From Thermoflexus sp. (lineage in GTDB: Bacteria > Chloroflexota > Anaerolineae > Aggregatilineales > Aggregatilineaceae): 64,000 bases of DNA. A program made the translations under genes and the position numbers. The stretch is from NCBI GenBank assembly GCA_020724465.1, contig DYGX01000006.1:67603-131602 (forward strand), in the 5' to 3' direction. Under the pieces are notes generated by a model. The model was given only the letters and a program-made list of their open reading frames with translations. It was not told the DNA's origin and made no database searches. Shown here in pieces: positions 45,609 to 54,450 of this stretch (position 1 is the first letter of the stretch; every line of letters begins with the position of its first letter).

Positions 45609-45730
45609 TTCCCCTCGCCCCAAACCTCTCTCCCTCTGCGCCTGCGTCGCGGGGAGAGGGGCTTTGAGCCGCCGCGACGCGCTTCCCTGCTCCCCGCGTG
45701 CGAGGGAGCAGGGGCCCGGGGGTTGAGGGG
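45609..45730. repeat. intergenic dual-hairpin repeat, copy C (inverted orientation)
   Basis: 45612-45661 is the near-exact reverse complement of the 5836-5885 core. The second hairpin half follows at 45680-45730. Confidence 0.8.
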
Positions 45731-45767
45731 CGAATCACACGCGCTCTAGCCGCTCGCCATCTCACGG

Positions 45768-46547
45768 ATGGAGAAAGATACGATGGTCCTCACCGAAGAG
45801 CATCTGGCGCGGGTCTTCAAAGCGCTGTCGGACCCAAACCGGCTGCGCATTTTCGACCTGCTGACGTTCAATGACCGCTCGAACTCCGAGCTGATGGCCG
45901 AGCTGGGACTCAGCCAGAACCTGCTCTCACACCACCTCAGCGTGCTGGCCGACGCCGGACTGGTTACCGTTCACCAGAGCGTGGGCGACGCGCGGCGCCG
46001 CTATTACTCGGCCAATCTGGACGCGATGAGCGGCGTGCAGGGCTGGTTCCGCGATCATGCCCCGGCCAGCCGTCTGCCGTTGCCCGCCCTGGCGCGCCCG
46101 CGCCGCGTGCTGTTCCTCTGCCTGCACAACGCCGCCCGCTCGCTGATGGCCGAAGCCATCGCGCGGCACATCGCCCCGCAGGCGCTCGACGCGATCAGTG
46201 CCGGGTTGGAACCGGGCGGCGCGCCGCCGGAGCTGGCGTTCCAGGTGCTGGCCGAGCGCGGCGTTTCGACCCACGATCTGCAACAGCGCGCCTATGACGT
46301 TGTCGAAGGCACAACCTTCGACTACGTCATCGCGGTGTGCGATCACGTTCACGAACGCATCGACCGGCAGCGGCTGCAGGCGGGCGAATATCTGCACTGG
46401 TCGCTGGTCGATCCCGCCGATCTGACCGACGACCCCGCGGAACAGCTCGCCGAAACGCGCCGGCTCTACGACCGGTTGGTGGCGCGCATCGCCGTTTTTG
46501 TGCAGCGGCTGGCCGAGCAGGAAGCCGGCCACAGCCCCTCAGCGTAG
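45768..46547 (+). CDS. ArsR/SmtB-type HTH regulator fused to LMW phosphotyrosine phosphatase / ArsC-like domain
   Basis: HTH FKALSDPNRLRIFDLL...LSHHLSVLADAGLV. C-terminal P-loop VLFLCLHNAARS (CX5R[S/T]). Confidence 0.85.
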   Translation: MEKDTMVLTEEHLARVFKALSDPNRLRIFDLLTFNDRSNSELMAELGLSQNLLSHHLSVLADAGLVTVHQSVGDARRRYYSANLDAMSGVQGWFRDHAPASRLPLPALARPRRVLFLCLHNAARSLMAEAIARHIAPQALDAISAGLEPGGAPPELAFQVLAERGVSTHDLQQRAYDVVEGTTFDYVIAVCDHVHERIDRQRLQAGEYLHWSLVDPADLTDDPAEQLAETRRLYDRLVARIAVFVQRLAEQEAGHSPSA

Positions 46548-46664
46548 GCCAACAGCCGCCCCACCGTTTACTAACACGTCACCGCATCTGGTAAAATGAG
46601 AGCAGGATTGGAACCGGCGACCTTCTGCCAGCCGTTTATTGTGAAGGATTTGGAGAGGATTGTT

Positions 46665-47735
46665 GTGTACCGACGACGCCTGACGCTTGCCCTGCTGCTG
46701 CTCACCATCGCCGCCCTCGCTCTGCCCGGCAGTCCGGCGCACGCCGCCGGTCCCACCCGTGCCGAGTGCCTCGCCAGCCCGACGATGCCCGGCTGTATGG
46801 CGGGCCTGCCCACCGTCGAGTACCAGATGCTGCTGGACGAGATGCTGCTGCATCCGGAACCGGACGTTCGTCCTCTGGCCGTCAACCAGAAGGAGATCAA
46901 CCGCTTCGCCTTCCGCAAGATCGTGGGCGGGGCGGCGACCATCTACAACCGCCCCAACGGCGAGCCGATCGGCACCATTGACGAGGGGTTCAACTATGTG
47001 ACCGTCAACCGCGTTGAGGGCGACTGGGTGGAGATCAACGACGGCGAGTGGATGCCCAACAGCCAGCTCGCGCACGCGCGGCCCAGCACCTTCGCCGGGG
47101 TCTATCTCGACGGCGAGCTGGCCTACCCGATGGCCTGGGTGCTGGTCCCCAGCCATCCCAGCCCTGTCCCCGGCGCGGCAGGTGACACCTCGCGCCCCAA
47201 AATCGAGCGTTACACGCGCGTCAACATCTTTGCCACCGCCGAGGTCAACGGCTGGGAGTGGTACCTCATCGGGCCGGATGCGTGGATCCAGCAGACGATG
47301 GTAGCGCGGGTCGTGCTGGTCGAGCGCCCGCCGCGCGTCAAAGGCCGCTGGTTTGCGGTTGACCTCTACGAGCAGGTTCTGGTCGCCTATGAGGACGACA
47401 CGCCGGTCTTCGCCACGCTCATCTCGTCCGGCCTGCCGCAGTGGCCCACCCGGGAAGGCACCTTCACCGTCTGGGCGCGCCAGGTAAACGGGCACATGAG
47501 CGGGGCCGAGGGCCAGGCCGACTTCTACTCGCTGGAGAACGTGCCCTACGTGATGTATTTCGACCAGGCGATCTCGCTGCATGGCACGTACTGGCACGAC
47601 GGCTTCGGCTACCGGCACAGCCACGGCTGCGTGAATATGTCGATCACGGACGCGCACTGGGCGTTCGACTGGAGCCTGGACGGCGGTTACAGCGCGCCGT
47701 ACGTTCACGTCTTCAGCTCCGGGCAATATCGCTAG
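46665..47735 (+). CDS. L,D-transpeptidase (YkuD domain) with signal peptide
   Basis: RBS GGAGAGGA 5 nt before GTG 46665. Signal LALLLLTIAALALPGSPAHA. Catalytic block YRHSHGCVNM. Confidence 0.8.
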   Translation: MYRRRLTLALLLLTIAALALPGSPAHAAGPTRAECLASPTMPGCMAGLPTVEYQMLLDEMLLHPEPDVRPLAVNQKEINRFAFRKIVGGAATIYNRPNGEPIGTIDEGFNYVTVNRVEGDWVEINDGEWMPNSQLAHARPSTFAGVYLDGELAYPMAWVLVPSHPSPVPGAAGDTSRPKIERYTRVNIFATAEVNGWEWYLIGPDAWIQQTMVARVVLVERPPRVKGRWFAVDLYEQVLVAYEDDTPVFATLISSGLPQWPTREGTFTVWARQVNGHMSGAEGQADFYSLENVPYVMYFDQAISLHGTYWHDGFGYRHSHGCVNMSITDAHWAFDWSLDGGYSAPYVHVFSSGQYR

Positions 47736-47761
47736 CCCCCCGATTCTGTGGTCAACCGGCC

Positions 47762-47802
47762 AGGCACACCCCTAGAATAGAATCGAGGGCGTGTGCCTTT
47801 TT
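47762..47802 (+). terminator. rho-independent terminator
   Basis: AGGCACACCCC ... GGGCGTGTGCCT stem followed by TTTT. Confidence 0.6.
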
Positions 47803-47905
47803 GCGCTGCGCCTCTAGCGCAAACAACCGGCGCTCGCGCCGGATGGCTGCGGGCCGCACAGCGGCCTGCGCTTGTGAAGCAACCGCATGATAGTTGGAGG
47901 ATGAA

Positions 47906-48658
47906 ATGAAGGGTTTGCAAGGGAAAGTCGCGATCGTCACGGGCGGCGCGTCGGGGATCGGACAGTCGACCGCGCTAGCCTTTGCGCGCGAAGGCGTCAA
48001 GGTGGTGGTCAGCGACGTGGACGAGCAGGGCGGCGCCGAGACGGTGCGCCTGATCGAGGAAAAGGGCGGCGAAGCCATCTTCTTCAAGGCGGACGTGTCC
48101 AAGAGCAACGAAGTCGAGGCGATGGTGCGCGCCGCGGTGGAAACGTTTGGCGGGCTGCACTTCGCCTGCAACAACGCGGGGATCGGCGGGCAACTGGCGG
48201 AGACGGCGAACTACTCGCTCGAGAGCTGGCAGAAGGTCATCGACATCAACCTGTCGGGCGTGTTTTACTGCATGAAGTACGAGATCCCGGAGATGCTCAA
48301 GCAGGGTGGCGGCGTGATCGTCAACATGGCCTCGATCCTGGGCACGGTCGGCACGCCGAACGCGCCCGCCTACGTCGCGGCCAAGCACGGCGTCGTCGGC
48401 CTGACCAAGACCGCGGCGCTCGAATACAGCGCCAAAGGGATCCGGATCTCGGCGGTGTGCCCGGCCTACATCCGCACGCCGCTGATCGAGAACGCGCTGC
48501 CCCCCGAGGCCCTGCGCCAACTGGTTTCGCTGCATCCGATCGGGCGCCTGGGCGAGCCGGAAGAAGTCGCTGAGCTGGTCGTCTGGCTCTGCTCGGATGG
48601 CGCTTCGTTCGTCATGGGCAGCCCCATTCTGGTAGACGGCGGCTATATCGCCCAATAG
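47906..48658 (+). CDS. short-chain dehydrogenase/reductase (SDR)
   Basis: TGGASGIG, NNAG, and YVAAKHG (YxxxK). Confidence 0.9.
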   Translation: MKGLQGKVAIVTGGASGIGQSTALAFAREGVKVVVSDVDEQGGAETVRLIEEKGGEAIFFKADVSKSNEVEAMVRAAVETFGGLHFACNNAGIGGQLAETANYSLESWQKVIDINLSGVFYCMKYEIPEMLKQGGGVIVNMASILGTVGTPNAPAYVAAKHGVVGLTKTAALEYSAKGIRISAVCPAYIRTPLIENALPPEALRQLVSLHPIGRLGEPEEVAELVVWLCSDGASFVMGSPILVDGGYIAQ

Positions 48659-48669
48659 CATACCTGCAC

Positions 48670-48700
48670 AGGCGCCTTCGCTGCGGGGCGCCTTTTTTTT
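48670..48700 (+). terminator. rho-independent terminator
   Basis: AGGCGCC ... GGCGCCT stem followed by TTTTTTT. Confidence 0.7.
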
Positions 48701-48823
48701 GATCCCCCTTCGCGCGATTTCCCTTGAGTGTCATTCGGCACTATGATTGAGCGATAACACGCTCGCGCCGTCTTGCTGCGAGCAGCATCCGCCTGGCAGC
48801 GGCTCGACGAGGAGTATGATTCC

Positions 48824-49795
48824 ATGCTGACACCCGCCCAAATCCGCCCTGTGATCCCGCTGGCATTCGATGGCGCGACCCTGCCAGGGCTGCAGGCCGA
48901 GCGCGGCCAGGTGCGTGATAATTACGTGCTCTCGGACGGGCGGCGCATCGTCATCGCGACCGACCGCTTCACCGTCTTCGACCAGCAGGTTGGGCTGGTT
49001 CCCTTCAAAGGCCAGATCCTCAACCAGCTGACCGCCTGGTGGTTCGAGCAAACCGCCGACATCGTGCCCAACCATGTGATTGACGTCCCCGATCCCAACA
49101 TCACGATCGCGCTGACGGCCAACCCGCTGCCGATCGCGGTCATCGTGCGCGGGTTCATCAGCGGAATCACCCCGTCGAGCCTGTGGAAGCAGTACGAGGC
49201 CGGCGCGCGCGTGATCTACGGCCGGACGTTCCCCAACGGCCTGCGCAAAAACGAGGAACTGCCGCACCCCATTGTCACCGCGACGGCCAAAACCTTCGGC
49301 CAGTCGCACGGCGGCCCCCTGACCGACGACGAAGTACTGGCTCAGGGCATTTCCCCCGCGCTATGGGAGCGCATCCAGGACGTGGCGCTGCAACTCTTTC
49401 TGCGCGGTCGTCAGCTTGCCATCCTCTCCGATCTGATCCTGGTCGACAGCAAGTACGAGTTCGGGCTGGACCTCAACGGCGATCTGGTGCTGATCGACGA
49501 GCTGCACACGCCGGACAGCAGCCGCTTCTGGCGGTCGGACACCTACGACGAGCAGTTCGAGGCGGGCGAGGAGCCGGACAGCTTCGACCGCGAGTTCGTG
49601 CGGCTGTGGTATCAGGCGCAGGAGTTCGGCGAAAACGATGCCCTGCCCCCGCTCCCCGAACACCTGATCGTCACGATCAGCCAGCGCTACCAGCGCGTGT
49701 ACGAGATGCTGACCGGGAAGCCGTTCCAGCCGGCCAGCTACCCCGTTGAGAAGCGGATCCGCATCACGCTGCGCTACGCCGGCATCCTGAACTGA
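48824..49795 (+). CDS. purC: phosphoribosylaminoimidazole-succinocarboxamide (SAICAR) synthase, long form
   Basis: RGQVRDNY, IATDRFTVFD, KGQILNQLTAWWF and LILVDSKYEFG. RBS is GAGGAG. Confidence 0.8.
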   Translation: MLTPAQIRPVIPLAFDGATLPGLQAERGQVRDNYVLSDGRRIVIATDRFTVFDQQVGLVPFKGQILNQLTAWWFEQTADIVPNHVIDVPDPNITIALTANPLPIAVIVRGFISGITPSSLWKQYEAGARVIYGRTFPNGLRKNEELPHPIVTATAKTFGQSHGGPLTDDEVLAQGISPALWERIQDVALQLFLRGRQLAILSDLILVDSKYEFGLDLNGDLVLIDELHTPDSSRFWRSDTYDEQFEAGEEPDSFDREFVRLWYQAQEFGENDALPPLPEHLIVTISQRYQRVYEMLTGKPFQPASYPVEKRIRITLRYAGILN

Positions 49796-49800
49796 GTCCG

Positions 49801-51906
49801 ATGCAAGACCTTCCCGATCCGGCAGACCAGGGCGCAGGCGGCCATCTGCCCCAGGAAAGGGTGCGCCGCCTTTCGATGGGGACCATCGCGATCCTGGGCT
49901 GGATGATGCTCGTCCTGAGCCTGTACTATTGGGTTCACAAGCCGCTAACCCCGGCGCTGGCCGAGGCTCTGGGCGGCGTGCTGCTCGACCTCGCCTCGAC
50001 CGCGGCAGTGGCGCTGGTCGCCGCCGGGACCGGGCAGCGTCTGCTGCGCGGGTTCGACCGGAGCGGCTGGAGCGCCCCAGAGCGGCTCGCGCTGGCGGGG
50101 ATGCTGGGGCTGGGCGCGCTGTCCATGGCGATCGCGGGGGTGGGCGCGCTGATGCTGAACGCCCTGAGCGCCGGGTTGGTGCTGGGCGTGCTGGGCCTGT
50201 GGTCGCGGCGCGATCTGGCGGCGTGGCTGCGCGAGGCGCGGGGCTGGGTGCAAGGCGGCCTGCCGCGCGCCGGTTGGGAACGCGGGCTGGCCTGGGCAGC
50301 GGTCGCGCTGCTGGGGATGGCACTGGCCCTGGCAACGCTCCCCCCGTCCAAATGGGACACCCTGACCTACCATCTGGCCGGGCCACAGCAGTACGTCGAG
50401 CACGGGCGCTTCTACGCCGCGCCGCACAACCACTTCCTCGGCTTCCCCCAGGGTGTTGAGACGCTGTACGCCGGGCAGCTTGCCCTGACCGGGCGGCTAT
50501 CAGGCGCGGGCCTGCTGCACCACTGGATGGGCCTGCTGATGCTGATGATCGCCGGCGGGATGGCGGCGCGGGCGGGCGGGCGCGCGGCGGGCTGGGTAGC
50601 GGTAATCCTGCTGCTGAGCGCGTACAGCATCTGGCTGGAGCTGACCTTCGCCTACGCCGATCTGCTGCCGGCTGCATATGGCCTGGGGGCGCTGGCGGCC
50701 GTTCAGACCTGGGACGCAGAGGGCCGCCGCTCATGGCGCTGGCTGGTGCTGGCGGGCGCGCTGGCCGGGATGGCGATGGGCTGCAAGTACACGGCGATCT
50801 GGCTCGGCGGGGCGCTTGGCGCGCTGGTGCTGTGGCTGGGGCGCCGGGATGGAGCGCGCGCGTCCATCCAGCGCGCGGCGATCTTCGGCGCGGCGGCGGC
50901 CCTGCTGGTGCTGCCCTGGCTGGCGCGCAACGCGGTGTGGTACCATAACCCGTTCTATCCGTTCTTCTTCGACAGCGGCGAGGTGGACTCTCTCCGGCAG
51001 TCGTGGTACGCTCAGCCGCGCTCCGGCCTGATCTACACGTCCGCCGCGTGGCAAATCCCGATTTTGCCGCTGGCGGCGACCGTGCTCGGCGGCGAGGGCA
51101 AATATACCTACGGGTTCGAGATCGGCCCGTGGTTCGTGGTCCTGACGCCGCTGGTCGCGTTGGTGTGGCGGCGGCTCACCCGCGCCGAGCGGCGCACGGT
51201 CGAGCAGGCGTTGATCGTGGCCGGCGTTATCCTGGCGGCGTGGTTCGTGACATCCGCCTTCGGATGGTACTACAACCGCCAGACCCGGCTGATTCTGTAC
51301 GTCTTCCCGCCGCTGGCCGTGATCGGCGGGCTGGCGCTCGAAGCGCTGCGCCGCCTGCCGGACAAACCGCTGAACCTGGGCTTCGTCCTGCGGGCGATGC
51401 TGGCGCTGACCGTCGGGCTGAGCCTCATCACCGCCGGGCGCGAGGTGCTGGGCAGCGGCCTGGAGCGCTACTATTCTGGCTCGCCGGGCTTTCGGGATGC
51501 CTATCTGGAGCACGCGCTCGGCTGGCACTACGAAGCGATGCGCCAGGTGAACCGCCTGCCGGCAGGGACACGCGTTCACTTCCTGTGGGAGCCGCGCTAT
51601 CTCTACTGCGACCAGACACGGATTGTCTGCGTGCCGGACTCGATGCTGGATGCCTGGTATTACGCGCGGCGCACGATTGGAGACGGCTCCCCGGACGCCA
51701 TCGCAGCGGCCTGGCGAGCCGCCGGGATGGAGCGCTTGCTGGTGTACGACGTGGGCCGCCGCTTCGAGCGCGAGAACAAGCCGTACTATTCGGCGGGTGA
51801 CTGGGACGCGTGGGACGCGTTTGTGCAAGAGCATCTCACCGTCGAGTGGCAGGGCGCCAACGAAGACGAGACGATCTATACGCTCTATCGCTGGCAAGGG
51901 TCGTGA
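49801..51906 (+). CDS. large polytopic membrane protein, GT-C-fold glycosyltransferase-like
   Basis: Many hydrophobic helices, a loop motif PPSKWDTLTYHLAGP, and a soluble C-terminal domain. The start may be ATG 49876. Confidence 0.5.
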   Translation: MQDLPDPADQGAGGHLPQERVRRLSMGTIAILGWMMLVLSLYYWVHKPLTPALAEALGGVLLDLASTAAVALVAAGTGQRLLRGFDRSGWSAPERLALAGMLGLGALSMAIAGVGALMLNALSAGLVLGVLGLWSRRDLAAWLREARGWVQGGLPRAGWERGLAWAAVALLGMALALATLPPSKWDTLTYHLAGPQQYVEHGRFYAAPHNHFLGFPQGVETLYAGQLALTGRLSGAGLLHHWMGLLMLMIAGGMAARAGGRAAGWVAVILLLSAYSIWLELTFAYADLLPAAYGLGALAAVQTWDAEGRRSWRWLVLAGALAGMAMGCKYTAIWLGGALGALVLWLGRRDGARASIQRAAIFGAAAALLVLPWLARNAVWYHNPFYPFFFDSGEVDSLRQSWYAQPRSGLIYTSAAWQIPILPLAATVLGGEGKYTYGFEIGPWFVVLTPLVALVWRRLTRAERRTVEQALIVAGVILAAWFVTSAFGWYYNRQTRLILYVFPPLAVIGGLALEALRRLPDKPLNLGFVLRAMLALTVGLSLITAGREVLGSGLERYYSGSPGFRDAYLEHALGWHYEAMRQVNRLPAGTRVHFLWEPRYLYCDQTRIVCVPDSMLDAWYYARRTIGDGSPDAIAAAWRAAGMERLLVYDVGRRFERENKPYYSAGDWDAWDAFVQEHLTVEWQGANEDETIYTLYRWQGS

Positions 51907-53090
51907 TGCGGGATCTCAACGCGGCAGGGGTGCGGCAGCTCGCCCACGAAGAAGCAATCCGCTCGGACAACCGGTTCACATTGCTCGTCGGCGCCAGGGC
52001 GTTCATGGACGACCTGGCCCGCACGCTGCAAGCGCCGCACACCAGTCTGTACGCCCAGTTCATGACCTACGAGGGCGACGCAACCGGCCAGGAGTTCGCC
52101 GCTCTGCTGACGCACCAGGCGGGCCAGGGCGCGGACGTGCGGTTGATGGTCGATGCGTACAGCGATGTCGTCCTCAGCGACGTGTGGCCGGTGCTGATTC
52201 ACCGCCGGGGCGAGGTTGCCGCCGAGCGCGCCCGCACCCACGCGCTCTTCGACCGGCTGCGCGCGCAGGGCGTCCAGGTCAAGCGCACCGCGCCGCTGGG
52301 CACGCTGGGGCGTTTTGCGCTCTACCGCGATCACAAAAAGATGGTCGTGATCGACGAGCAGATCGCTTTCGTCGGCGGGATCAACATCTCCGATCACAAC
52401 TACGACTGGCACGACTTCATGGTCAAGATCGAAGGGCCGCTGGCGCGGGTGCTGGCGCACGACTTTCGCGCAACCTGGGACGGCCAGTGCGCTCCCCTCT
52501 CGACGCCCTGCCCCGGCGAGGATTTCGTACTGAACCAGTGCCCCGGCCGCTACCCGATCTTAGAGCATATCCTGCGCATGATCGCGCGCGCGCAGCGCAG
52601 CATCGTGATCGAGTCGCCCTATTTGCTGGGCGATCATTTGGAGCGCGCGCTGCGTGCTGCCGCCGAGCGCGGCGTGCGTGTGACGCTGATCTTGCCGGCG
52701 CGCAGCAACAAGCTGCTCTATCGCCGCTGGGTGCGCATGCTGCGTCGCCGCCTCAACCACCCCAACGTGACCGTCTACGGCCACCTGGGCGGCAGCGGAA
52801 TGACCCACGCCAAGCTGATCCTGGTGGACGACCAGTGGGCAAGCTTCGGGTCCTTTAATATGATCGAGTTGGAGGGACTGACGCAGAAGGAACTGAACGT
52901 CTTCTCCAGCAATGCGGCGCTCATCGCCCAGTTCCAGGATCTCATCGCTGGCGATATCGCCCACGCCGTCCCGGTCCCGGCCCCGCGCGTTGTCTTCGGA
53001 CGGCCCCTGTATGCCGTGCTCTATCGGTTCTTTCGTTGGTGGACCCGCCGCCTGCTGCGCGATGCGGATTGGAAGGCACGCTATTGCTGA
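51906..53090 (+). CDS. phospholipase D superfamily protein (cardiolipin synthase/ClsB-like), two HKD motifs
   Basis: HKKMVVID and HAKLILVD (HxKxxxxD twice). The start overlaps the upstream stop (GTGATG at 51903-51908). Confidence 0.85.
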   Translation: MRDLNAAGVRQLAHEEAIRSDNRFTLLVGARAFMDDLARTLQAPHTSLYAQFMTYEGDATGQEFAALLTHQAGQGADVRLMVDAYSDVVLSDVWPVLIHRRGEVAAERARTHALFDRLRAQGVQVKRTAPLGTLGRFALYRDHKKMVVIDEQIAFVGGINISDHNYDWHDFMVKIEGPLARVLAHDFRATWDGQCAPLSTPCPGEDFVLNQCPGRYPILEHILRMIARAQRSIVIESPYLLGDHLERALRAAAERGVRVTLILPARSNKLLYRRWVRMLRRRLNHPNVTVYGHLGGSGMTHAKLILVDDQWASFGSFNMIELEGLTQKELNVFSSNAALIAQFQDLIAGDIAHAVPVPAPRVVFGRPLYAVLYRFFRWWTRRLLRDADWKARYC

Positions 53091-53095
53091 GCCAG

Positions 53096-53845
53096 TTGCG
53101 CCCTGACCGTATCACCATCAAGTACCTGCTTATCACCGTCGCGGTGCTGGGCGGGATGGGCTTGCTGAACCAGCTTGATGTGTTCGAGGGCATCTCGGGG
53201 CCGGTCACCCGCGCGATGGATAAGCTCGCCAGCTACGGGATGATCGGCATGTTTGTGCTGGGGCTGGTATCCAACACCACCCTCGTGATCATCGTCCCCT
53301 ACAACCTGCCGATGTTCACGCTGGTGATCTACGCCGATCATGTGTGGGAAGTCGCTGCCATCGGCGCAGCAACCGGCCTGGGCGCGGGCATCGGCGAGGT
53401 GGTTTCGTACGCGGTCGCGCACACGCTGGCATCGCATGTCAACAACCTGTCGGAGAGCGCGCTTTTTCGCTGGACCAAGCGCACAATCGAACGCCGCCCG
53501 CGCTTGATCCCGCTCTTTGTCTGGCTGGCCTCGGCCACGCCGGTGCCCGACATGACGATCATCGTGCCGCTGTCGCTGATCCGCTACCCGTGGGTCAAAA
53601 TGGTGCTGCCCATGCTCAGCGGGAAGGTGCTGCAAAACGTGGTTGTCGCGCTTGTCTTTCGCTACACGGCGGATGCCATCGCCGAGCGGCTTTCCGGCGA
53701 CATCCACTTCGACCTGACGGCCATCTTCGTCTCGCTGTTCATCATCCTGATCGCCTATCAGATCGAGAAAAACCGCGCCAGCCAGCAGCGCACAGCGCGC
53801 GAGCGGGCCACCCGCGAGATCGAGCCGACCAGCGCGGCAGACTGA
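53096..53845 (+). CDS. VTT/SNARE-associated (DedA/YqaA-like) membrane protein
   Basis: Polytopic, with GLGAGIGEVVSYAVAH resembling the YqaA/DedA glycine-rich motif. Start is uncertain: TTG 53084, TTG 53096 or ATG 53156. Confidence 0.45.
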   Translation: MRPDRITIKYLLITVAVLGGMGLLNQLDVFEGISGPVTRAMDKLASYGMIGMFVLGLVSNTTLVIIVPYNLPMFTLVIYADHVWEVAAIGAATGLGAGIGEVVSYAVAHTLASHVNNLSESALFRWTKRTIERRPRLIPLFVWLASATPVPDMTIIVPLSLIRYPWVKMVLPMLSGKVLQNVVVALVFRYTADAIAERLSGDIHFDLTAIFVSLFIILIAYQIEKNRASQQRTARERATREIEPTSAAD

Positions 53846-53881
53846 CGCGCCCGGATGAGATGCGGCTGAGAGAAACGGGTG

Positions 53882-54115
53882 TCAGGCGACGACCGTTGGA
53901 CGGCGCACGCGCAGGCGGCTGTAGACCTGCAGGAACGGCACCACAGCCTCGACCGTCGCAACAGCTTCGGGGATCAGATCGGGGTGGCGAACGGTGCCGT
54001 GCAGCCAGACGGCATCGCCCCTGATGACGACTTCAATCGGCTCGCGCGCTGTGAAGTCGTTGCGCCGCAGCGCGCGGATAATCAGGTGTCGCAGTACTTC
54101 ACGGCGATAGCGCAA
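53882..54115 (-). CDS. small BON-domain-like protein (77 aa)
   Basis: RBS GGGAGGA 6 nt before TTG 54115. The IEVVIRGDAVWLHGTV..PDLIPEAVATVEAV pattern resembles a BON domain. The rest of track ORF 53882..54247 looks non-coding. Confidence 0.5.
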   Translation of the reverse strand: MRYRREVLRHLIIRALRRNDFTAREPIEVVIRGDAVWLHGTVRHPDLIPEAVATVEAVVPFLQVYSRLRVRRPTVVA

Positions 54116-54450
54116 CGTGGATCCTCCCTGAGAGCTTCTGCCCGGTTCGCGGGGCCGGGTCGGTCTGGCGCCGCACCCGACCGCTAACCTGATTCTCCCA
54201 CCTTTCGGCGGGGGGCACAAGTCCCGCAGGTTGTGAGGGCGTTCCAATCCCGTTTACGTTCTGTTCGGAGAGTGCCCGGCCCGTGCCCCGGCGTGGGCGA
54301 ATTGTCAGCGTCTGGGGTTTGGTGTACAACACAAGTAACGCGTGGCGCCAGCGAGCACCCAGCCCGCAGGACACGAGCACTCAGCGCGGGTGAGGGATCA
54401 CCCGCTCCGAATGGCATGACGACGCGCATCGACCAGTGAAGGAGGCTTAC

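Noticed and set aside
46596-46640. GCAGGATTGGAACCGGCGACCTTCTGC, resembling the reverse complement of a tRNA T-arm and variable region (compare GGATTCGAACC)
   Set aside because: The T-loop and T-stem each carry a mismatch. No acceptor stem, anticodon arm or D-arm can be built on either side, and the CCA-proximal spacing is wrong. At most this is a degraded tRNA 3' fragment or att remnant. No integrase or other mobile-element gene is nearby to support that.
48790-48815. CCGCCTGGCA upstream of purC, resembling the conserved 3' CCGCCUGGGCA of the ZTP (pfl) riboswitch
   Set aside because: One G is missing. I also cannot find the 5' sub-domain (the GGGUCGUGAC/UGGCG ... GGGA..CCAC..GGGGA blocks) in the preceding 120 nt. 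Probably chance; an Infernal scan with the ZTP model would settle it.
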